Below are positions 14,242 through 20,000 of a DNA stretch of 20,000 nt, piece by piece. How positions within the stretch are numbered: position 1 is the first letter of the stretch; every line of letters starts with the position of its first letter. The translations under genes were made by a program, and so were the position numbers. The stretch lies in IMG/VR virus record IMGVR_UViG_3300045005_000111; one strand, 5' to 3'. Source of the stretch: an uncultured virus (IMG/VR IMGVR_UViG_3300045005_000111). Its lineage: Duplodnaviria; Heunggongvirae; Uroviricota; Caudoviricetes. Below the pieces are notes generated by a model. It was not told the DNA's origin. It ran no database searches and saw only the letters and a program-made list of their open reading frames with translations.

Positions 14242-15174
14242 TCACGCGAAGTCGGCTCGCGCGACGGCATTCGTGTTGCCGATGGCCCCGCCGAGGGTCT
14301 CGTAGGCGAAGAACTCGAGCATGAACGCCTTGCGTTCGATGTACATCGTGGTGTCTTCCAAAACATACGATTTGCCCAGGAACTTCGGGTCCGCGAACAT
14401 GAACATGCTGTCCGTCGGGACCAGGTCGTGCTTGATCGTGATGATCCAGCGCGCCCCCATGAAGTTCTGCTCGGACCAGCCGTTGAAGAGGATGTCCTGC
14501 GACTTGTCGCCGCCGGTCTCCTCGCGGCCGAACTTCATGATCTCGCGGATCGTCAGGTTGTTGATCAAGCAGGTCGCCGTCTCCAGCCGGGAGATCGTGC
14601 GCGGCAGGATCTTGAAGCTGTCCTGCAGCGTTTCACGGGTGATCCCACCGTAGATGGTCTCCCACTGGACCTGACCCGACTGCTCGACGACCGAGTCGGC
14701 CGCCGACCCCAGCGCCGCGTTGACTGCGTCGATGAACTTTTTATCTTCTTCCGCCAGCATATCTTTGATGCTGTTGTCCGACAGCACCTGGCGGATGTCG
14801 ATGTAGTAGGTCCGCAGTTCGTCCACGTCTTTCGTGAAGCGCGGCGTGACGATGCGGTCGAAGCTCACCCGGTAGCGCTGGCCCCGGATGTACAACGACA
14901 TCGGGAGCGTGGCGAACGGGATGCTCATCGCAGCCGGCGAATCGGGCTCGCGATCGACGATCTTGACGGGCTTGTCAGTGTCGTACTGACGATCCAGGTC
15001 GTCGTTGCTGATTTGGACCGGCGGCAGGACGCGCCGGAAGAAGCCTTCTTCACGCATCCGATACCGCGTGAAGTCGTTGACCGAATCGAGAGCCCGCTTC
15101 TCCATGCCCGGAGTGGACAGGTAGTTCAGGAACGTCTCGTTCGCCAGTTGGATCTCGCTCGTGGCGGCAGGCAT
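14242..15174 (-). CDS. Major capsid protein (HK97 fold), 310 aa
   Basis: Downstream of protease, scaffold and decoration genes; RMREEGFFRRVLPP, IVTPRFTKDVDELR and DNSIKDMLAEEDKKFI segments fit HK97-fold capsids; strong AAGGAGGT SD. Confidence 0.8.
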   Translation of the reverse strand: MPAATSEIQLANETFLNYLSTPGMEKRALDSVNDFTRYRMREEGFFRRVLPPVQISNDDLDRQYDTDKPVKIVDREPDSPAAMSIPFATLPMSLYIRGQRYRVSFDRIVTPRFTKDVDELRTYYIDIRQVLSDNSIKDMLAEEDKKFIDAVNAALGSAADSVVEQSGQVQWETIYGGITRETLQDSFKILPRTISRLETATCLINNLTIREIMKFGREETGGDKSQDILFNGWSEQNFMGARWIITIKHDLVPTDSMFMFADPKFLGKSYVLEDTTMYIERKAFMLEFFAYETLGGAIGNTNAVARADFA

Positions 15175-15177
15175 TTT

Positions 15178-15193
15178 CAGACCTCCTTGTCTG
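15178..15193 (-). promoter_or_regulatory. SD hairpin CAGAC-AAGGAG-GTCTG (CsrA/RsmA-type site) of the capsid gene
   Basis: mRNA ACAAGGAGGU matches the consensus exactly; 5-bp stem. Confidence 0.75.
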
Positions 15194-15242
15194 TCGATCG
15201 GACGTCATGTCCGGGTTAGTGCTCCAGAGGAACGGGGGTTGG

Positions 15243-15800
15243 TTACAGGCCGCTGGCGCCTGGGTAGTGGCCCGGCCAGAATGCGAGCACCTTGTGACGG
15301 TCGGACTGGCGCTTGCGGGGCGCGCGGCTGACGTGGCCGACGATCGCCGTGGCTAGTTGCGGGGTGGCGGATTGCGTCTTCACGACGCTCTGGTTTGTCA
15401 GACGCCCGCCGGTGGTCTGATTGCTGTTGCTCGCGACAGCGCGGAGCGGCTGGTTCGGCAAGTACGTCTGGTCGTCGTCGTACTCGGTCGTCTCCAGCTC
15501 GTAGGCCCCCTTCGCGACGAGACCGTTGAGTGTGCCCGACGGCCCGATCGGGTACCACAGCGTCCCGCCGGAGTTGGTCACATCGGAATCGTAGCTGTTT
15601 TGCAGCAGGAAGATCGGCATGTGGTCGCCCGTGCAACCCATCTCGAACTCGCCTTCGTCGTTCAGGTGGACACACCGACCCTGGTAGGCGTCGATGGTCA
15701 CGTTGCTCGACAGCTTGGCGGAGAAGTCGAGTGCCGCCATGTGGAACCACCCCTTCGGGGCGTCCAGCGTGTGGTCGAACATCTGGCGCGGATTAGCCAT
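15243..15800 (-). CDS. Probable capsid decoration/cement protein, 185 aa
   Basis: Immediately upstream of the capsid gene; beta-rich with a 'GAYELETTEYD...Y.PNQPL' segment; size and position typical. Confidence 0.5.
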   Translation of the reverse strand: MANPRQMFDHTLDAPKGWFHMAALDFSAKLSSNVTIDAYQGRCVHLNDEGEFEMGCTGDHMPIFLLQNSYDSDVTNSGGTLWYPIGPSGTLNGLVAKGAYELETTEYDDDQTYLPNQPLRAVASNSNQTTGGRLTNQSVVKTQSATPQLATAIVGHVSRAPRKRQSDRHKVLAFWPGHYPGASGL

Positions 15801-15805
15801 CTCAG

Positions 15806-15821
15806 TGGACCTCCATGTCCA
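15806..15821 (-). promoter_or_regulatory. SD hairpin TGGAC-ATGGAG-GTCCA (CsrA/RsmA-type site)
   Basis: mRNA ACAUGGAGGU matches the consensus exactly; 5-bp stem. Confidence 0.75.
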
Positions 15822-15867
15822 GTGGGGTTGAGAATCGTTCTCGGTTTGGCCTCACGGCCGTTGGTGG

Positions 15868-16272
15868 TTAGCCGCCGATACCGAGGCCGGCGAGGAACAC
15901 CTTGTCACTTTCCCGGACCTCCGAGGTCCGCCGCCCGACATACGGGCTGTCGAGCGAGCTGACGCCAGCGGCGCCCGCCTTCTTTTCCTGCACGGCCGTC
16001 CCGAGGGTACGGGGCCGGATCGTGTTGTTGACGTCGGCGGTCTTGATCAGGATCTCCAGCACCCGGGCCGGGTCCTTCAGCGCGGCGGCCGCCTTCTCGC
16101 GGTCCGCCGGGTCGATGCGCTCGTTCGCGATGAGTGCCTCGATCGCGGCCGGAATCAGGGCGGCAACCTTCTGGTCGGCCGCCCGCTTCACGGTCAACTC
16201 CTTCTCCGCGACCTCCAGCGCAGTCGCGCTGCACTGGACATAGTCGAGGAGTTTTTCGTTCAGGTCCGGCAT
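15868..16272 (-). CDS. Small helical head/scaffold-associated protein, 134 aa
   Basis: AAGGAGG SD; Ala-rich helix; several K-x-A motifs (KRA, KVA, KAA, KTA, KKA). Confidence 0.75.
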   Translation of the reverse strand: MPDLNEKLLDYVQCSATALEVAEKELTVKRAADQKVAALIPAAIEALIANERIDPADREKAAAALKDPARVLEILIKTADVNNTIRPRTLGTAVQEKKAGAAGVSSLDSPYVGRRTSEVRESDKVFLAGLGIGG

Positions 16273-16276
16273 TTTA

Positions 16277-16290
16277 CGCCCTCCTTGGCG
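16277..16290 (-). promoter_or_regulatory. SD hairpin CGCC-AAGGAG-GGCG (CsrA/RsmA-type site)
   Basis: 4-bp stem with a C-G-closed hexaloop. Confidence 0.7.
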
Positions 16291-16330
16291 CTGTTCAGTT
16301 GGTGGAACTCGACCGGCGAGTTAACGCCAG

Positions 16331-17695
16331 TCAGTTGACGATCTCGGCGATGCACTTCTTCAGCTCGTCCCGCAGCCGTCGCTCGGCGGCCGTCTTGGCT
16401 TCGGAGAAGCGGAACCGCCCCTGCTTCTGGTACGTCTTCGCTGTCTTCACGAGCTGAATCAGGTTCCGACGAACCTGTTGAGCTTGTTTGACGCGGGCCA
16501 TCTTCGTCGGGTCACCGCCAGCGCCGGCAAGGGGATCGCCGCCACCCGCGCCCGCAAGAGGATCACCGCCCGCACCAGCGAGTGGATCGCCGCCACCGCC
16601 TGCGCCGGCGAGCGGATCACCGCCGCCACCGCCGCCACTGCCCTGCAGTGCCGCCATGATCTCGTCAGGCGTCACGCCCATTTCCATCAGGGCCATGAGG
16701 AGCTGGTTGACCGCTTCCTCCTGACCGCCGCCACCGCCGCCACCGGCCATCGGGTCTCCGCCACCGCCGCCACCGGCCATCGCGCCGAGAGCCGACGGGT
16801 CCAGCCCGAGACCGCCGCCTTCGTCACCGCCGCCGCCACCGCCGCCGCCACCGCCTTCGTCACCGCCACCGCCGCTGTCGGACTTGCTCTCGCTCTTCGA
16901 GCCACTGTCCGAATCGCTGGACGAAGAACCGCTGTCCTCTTCGTCGGCGGCGCGCTTGTTGACAGCCTGCTTCTGGAACTCGACCAGGTAGTTCCCGGTC
17001 ATGACGGCGGCGGCGAGCGCGTCGCGAATCGTCCCTTCGACCGCCGCCTGGACGGCCTGCTTCTCCTGCTCGTCGCCGTTAACGCCGGCAGCGGTAGCCG
17101 CCTGATACCCGGCCGCAGCGGCCTGGGCCACGGCAGCTTTCTGAACCTGCGGGGCCGGCGTGGTCTTCGCGGGGGTAGTCGGCGTCTTGACCGGAGTCGC
17201 AGGACTGGCGCCGGCGACCTTCTGACCTGCCGCCGCAATCGTGGCGAGAATGTCGTTGGCCTTCTTTTCGCTGAGCTTCTTCAGCTCCTCGAACTTCATC
17301 GACCCGTACTTCTCGTTGTCGTCGACGCTGGCCGGGTGGTCGGTGCCGGGATCGTCCTTCTTGTCCTTGTAGTTCTGCTCGTTGGCTTCGTCGTTACCGG
17401 TCTCGGTCGACGTCACGCCGATGTTGAATTGCTGGCTTTCCTGGTCGGGGCCTTTTTCCGACGCGGAGTCGACGTTGAGCGGAATCTGCTTCTTGACGTC
17501 GGACGAGTTCTCGCTCGAACGGGCGCCTTCCGCAGCGTTCTGGAGTTGGTCGTCGATGTTCTTGACGGGGTGGCTCGTTTCGCCGCCCACGGAGCCGGGC
17601 TCAGAGAGGGTGTCGGCCTTCTTCTGGGCCGCCGCCTTCTTTTCGCCTTGGACCTCCGCGAGGAAGCCGCGCAGTTGATCGAAGAGCTGAGGCAT
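16331..17695 (-). CDS. Scaffold-like / prohead core protein, 454 aa, low complexity
   Basis: Between protease and capsid genes; acidic, Ala/Gly-rich and apparently disordered; about ten K-x-A motifs. Confidence 0.6.
   Translation of the reverse strand: MPQLFDQLRGFLAEVQGEKKAAAQKKADTLSEPGSVGGETSHPVKNIDDQLQNAAEGARSSENSSDVKKQIPLNVDSASEKGPDQESQQFNIGVTSTETGNDEANEQNYKDKKDDPGTDHPASVDDNEKYGSMKFEELKKLSEKKANDILATIAAAGQKVAGASPATPVKTPTTPAKTTPAPQVQKAAVAQAAAAGYQAATAAGVNGDEQEKQAVQAAVEGTIRDALAAAVMTGNYLVEFQKQAVNKRAADEEDSGSSSSDSDSGSKSESKSDSGGGGDEGGGGGGGGGGDEGGGLGLDPSALGAMAGGGGGGDPMAGGGGGGGQEEAVNQLLMALMEMGVTPDEIMAALQGSGGGGGGDPLAGAGGGGDPLAGAGGDPLAGAGGGDPLAGAGGDPTKMARVKQAQQVRRNLIQLVKTAKTYQKQGRFRFSEAKTAAERRLRDELKKCIAEIVN
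16508..16880 (-). repeat. Gly-rich coding repeats (GGGDPLAGA x4, GGGGDEGGG x2, poly-Gly)
   Basis: Seen in the translation; DNA copies differ at synonymous positions. Confidence 0.85.
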
Positions 17696-17735
17696 TCCTT
17701 GTCACTCCTTGACTTTTGGGTCCGGCTTCCTGCCG
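17693..17735 (-). promoter_or_regulatory. Three GGA motifs in the scaffold leader: CGGC-AGGAA-GCCG hairpin, GTCA-AGGAG-TGAC SD hairpin, and CAAGGA-AUG
   Basis: Read directly at 17723-17735, 17701-17713 and 17693-17701. Confidence 0.65.
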
Positions 17736-17765
17736 TGCAGTCGGTCAACCGGCGTTAGACAGACC

Positions 17766-17797
17766 CGATTTTGCAAAACCGAAGAAATACCCGCAAG
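17766..17797 (-). promoter_or_regulatory. Candidate sigma70-like promoter TTGCGG-17 nt-CAAAAT with a palindrome over the -10 box
   Basis: Exact 17-nt spacer in a locally AT-rich patch; CG-n-TTTTGCAAAA-n-CG dyad at 17766-17781. Confidence 0.35.
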
Positions 17798-17816
17798 ACC
17801 GACTTGCGGTTTTTTT
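17791..17816 (+). terminator. Intrinsic terminator-like hairpin with its best U-tract on the antisense (+) strand
   Basis: CCGCAAG-accga-CTTGCGG followed by TTTTTTT on +; weaker GTATTTCTT tail on -. Confidence 0.55.
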
Positions 17817-19290
17817 ACCCCAAACCGTTCTGTTTTACGATCAACTCCCGATAGAGAGGTTGATCGGGGTCGTTCCTCAACTCGTCGAGGAAGTAGAGTT
17901 GGTACACAGCATATTGCCGTGCAAGGGTTTCGGCTCCGCCGGCCGCCGACTTTGTCAGCCGACGTAGGCTCGGTCGGGGGGTGTCCTGAATGACCTCCCG
18001 GACTCCGCGATCGCCGATATGTTTGCGAGAAATCGAAATCTCGGACGCGATTTTCGCGGCCCAGTTTCGTTCCCGCTCGCTCGCCACAGCCCGGCCTGGG
18101 TCGCAGCTCCGATCGGCGAGCATCCGTTCGAGGTTGTCGCCGTCACCCACCAGGCGACCAAACACGCCGGGCAGGCAATCGGTGGCGTCCGGAGCGGAGG
18201 CGGTCTTCGTCAGCACGCCGACGGTGGGCATTGCCGGACGGAAGTTGGCCCAGCTCCGGTAAGAAAGAGCGATCTTCTCGGCGGTCATCGCCTGCCACAC
18301 GCCGTCCTTGAGGACCGGCGACACCTCGATCACCTTGTACCCGTTAGTGCGGATCGGACGATCGAGAATGCTTTCCGTCATCTTGCCGTGAGCCAGATCC
18401 TGCTCCAGATCGGCCATGTCGTACGACAATTTGATAAGTCGGGCCGTTCGCTCGTCGACTTCGGCGTACCGCATGTACGGCGGTACGGTCAGACCGTACA
18501 GCTCGGCTGCTTCGGCTCCGCCGATCACCCGACCGCTGGCTGCCTTCTGCATCTCACCCATGACGTACGCGATCCGGTCCGCTGGGCGGTACACGTCGCT
18601 GATGTCGAACCACGTCGGACTCGGGTTGTCGACGTGTAGAATGTGTCCGTCGTCGGCGACTTTCGTGAGGTTGTTAGTACACCCGCCGTACTTGCAGGTG
18701 TCTTCACGGCAGTATTCGGCACGGGTACGAGCCTGGTTGCCGCAGCCGCTGCACACGTCAAACGGGACGCGGCACGCCATGCTGACGCCCCAATCGCTCT
18801 CGCCCCGGGCCAGCTTTTCCATCTCCTTGTCGGCCACCAGTCCGCCGTTGCGGTCGGCGGCCTCTTTGGTGGAGTTCAGGGCGACGAGCAACTCGATCCG
18901 CTTCATCGCCTCGTTGAACGCGGCCAGCTTCACAACGCCGTAGGACTTCTGAGGGTCCTTGTTCTGGTGGTTGCGGTACCAGTAAGCCCCCTCTTTGGTG
19001 AGCGGCTTGGTCTCGAACGTCTTGTAGAACTTACGGCACGTCGCGCACTTGAACCCGTCGCCGTTGCGGTTCGGGCCGTAGAACTCGGTCGCGCCGATAG
19101 CGAGCAAGTGGATCGGCACCTCGCCCGGCCCCAGGCGTACGTTTCGCATGGCGTCGACGAACTGGTGACCGGCGCGCTTGATGAGCTGCTGCAGGTCGTG
19201 CCCTCTCAATCCGGCGCTGGCCGTCTTGATTTGCTCGACTGCGGCGCAACCGAAATCGTACGCTCCGGGCGTCGTCCTCTTGATCAGCAT
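17815..19290 (-). CDS. Prohead maturation protease (HK97/assemblin-like serine protease) with Cys-rich insert and C-terminal extension, 491 aa
   Basis: Motifs NRNGDGF, YRNHQNKD (candidate catalytic His), GVSMAC (candidate catalytic Ser), DVCSGCGN and FDISDVYRPAD; upstream of scaffold and capsid; AAGGAG SD. Confidence 0.8.
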   Translation of the reverse strand: MLIKRTTPGAYDFGCAAVEQIKTASAGLRGHDLQQLIKRAGHQFVDAMRNVRLGPGEVPIHLLAIGATEFYGPNRNGDGFKCATCRKFYKTFETKPLTKEGAYWYRNHQNKDPQKSYGVVKLAAFNEAMKRIELLVALNSTKEAADRNGGLVADKEMEKLARGESDWGVSMACRVPFDVCSGCGNQARTRAEYCREDTCKYGGCTNNLTKVADDGHILHVDNPSPTWFDISDVYRPADRIAYVMGEMQKAASGRVIGGAEAAELYGLTVPPYMRYAEVDERTARLIKLSYDMADLEQDLAHGKMTESILDRPIRTNGYKVIEVSPVLKDGVWQAMTAEKIALSYRSWANFRPAMPTVGVLTKTASAPDATDCLPGVFGRLVGDGDNLERMLADRSCDPGRAVASERERNWAAKIASEISISRKHIGDRGVREVIQDTPRPSLRRLTKSAAGGAETLARQYAVYQLYFLDELRNDPDQPLYRELIVKQNGLG

Positions 19291-19301
19291 GTGAGTGCTC
19301 C

Positions 19302-20000
19302 TTACTTGTCAGGGCCTCTCGAGGCTTCTCTGCCGGACTGGATACCGCCGCCCATCAAGGCGCCGAGAATCGGGTTGCGGAGTTTTCCAATCCACAGATT
19401 CGTCCGCCCGGCGAATCCGGCCCGAGTCGCGGCACGCGCCGACGGAGTTCGGGCCGCCGCTGCCTGCGCCTTCGCCCGAGCAGCGGCCTCTTCGGCTTGC
19501 GCCTTAGCCACCTGTGCCTTGTACGAATTCAACGTCGCTTCGAGTGGCGCACGCCTGGCCGCCATGTCCTTCTGTACTTGACCGTACAGAGTCTGCAGAA
19601 ACGAATCGCTCGATCTGCGGCTCATGTCAATGAACCCGCCATGGGCGGCCAAGCGCCGGTTCAATTCGGCTAATTGCGTCGGCCCAAGATTGCGAGCTGC
19701 TCTCAAATAAGCATCGTTGGCTCCGGGTCCGCGAATGACCTTCGCGGCTGTCAGGGCTCTGATCCGATTCTGCAGATCGGCCTGAGGAGCAGTGAAATTC
19801 TTAGCCGTCGATGCGGCCGTACTGGCGTTGAAGTTATGGTACCTCCGGCTGATATCCGGGCCGGCCTTGTCCGCCATCGCCATCACAGTCGGGAACGCGA
19901 TGGCTCCGGCCCCGGCTCCCTGGGCCACCCGCAATCCGCTGCGAGCGAGTTGCTTACCGCCCTCAGCCAGGTTGTTCAAGCTGAAGACGCTCTCGCCGCT
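19302..20000 (-). CDS. Hypothetical Ala/Gly/Arg-rich protein, 5'-truncated by the window edge (possible internal head protein)
   Basis: The frame stays open past the TTG at 19979 to base 20000 (SGESVFSLNNLAEGG...); its stop overlaps the protease SD. Confidence 0.6.
   Translation of the reverse strand, partial: SGESVFSLNNLAEGGKQLARSGLRVAQGAGAGAIAFPTVMAMADKAGPDISRRYHNFNASTAASTAKNFTAPQADLQNRIRALTAAKVIRGPGANDAYLRAARNLGPTQLAELNRRLAAHGGFIDMSRRSSDSFLQTLYGQVQKDMAARRAPLEATLNSYKAQVAKAQAEEAAARAKAQAAAARTPSARAATRAGFAGRTNLWIGKLRNPILGALMGGGIQSGREASRGPDK

Noticed and set aside
14242..15174. Encapsulin shell protein
   Set aside because: The size is similar, but the context (prohead protease, neck, tail) indicates a phage capsid
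16508..16880. CRISPR array or non-coding tandem repeat
   Set aside because: The repeats are in-frame Gly codons within a CDS, with no repeat-spacer structure
19294..19306. GGA hairpin at the protease start (AGT-AAGGAGC-ACT) and at the 273-aa neck gene (CGT-ACGGAGG-ACG)
   Set aside because: Only 3-bp stems without the C-G closing pair, so not counted among the supported sites
1..20000. Host assignment, tRNA, rRNA, integrase or transposase
   Set aside because: None recognisable. High GC and CsrA-type sites only suggest a GC-rich, csrA-bearing host and cannot name it.

Overview
This window is the virion morphogenesis region of a GC-rich, contractile-tailed (myovirus-type) bacteriophage or prophage, with every credible gene on the minus strand. 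In transcription order (right to left) it holds: a partial Ala/Gly-rich protein, an HK97/assemblin-type prohead protease, a low-complexity scaffold-like protein, a small head protein, a probable decoration protein, the major capsid protein, two small head-region proteins and an intrinsic terminator. Then come a fused GT2 glycosyltransferase/SAM-methyltransferase, two neck proteins, a 65-aa ORF, a probable tail terminator, a 922-aa tail sheath, the tail tube, an 874-aa spike/hub-like protein, a tail assembly chaperone with a probable -1 frameshift extension, and the first 553 codons of a tape measure gene that the ORF track missed. The main unexplained signal is non-coding. At least 11 structural genes place their Shine-Dalgarno or start region in the loop of a small hairpin. 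Eight of these are C-ANGGAN-G hexaloops with different, covarying stems, which is the canonical CsrA/RsmA binding element. This points to an operon-wide translational control system for the phage late genes; no csrA gene lies in this window. Head proteins also carry many K-x-A motifs that may be prohead protease cleavage sites. All product calls rest on motif recognition and gene order, not on database searches.
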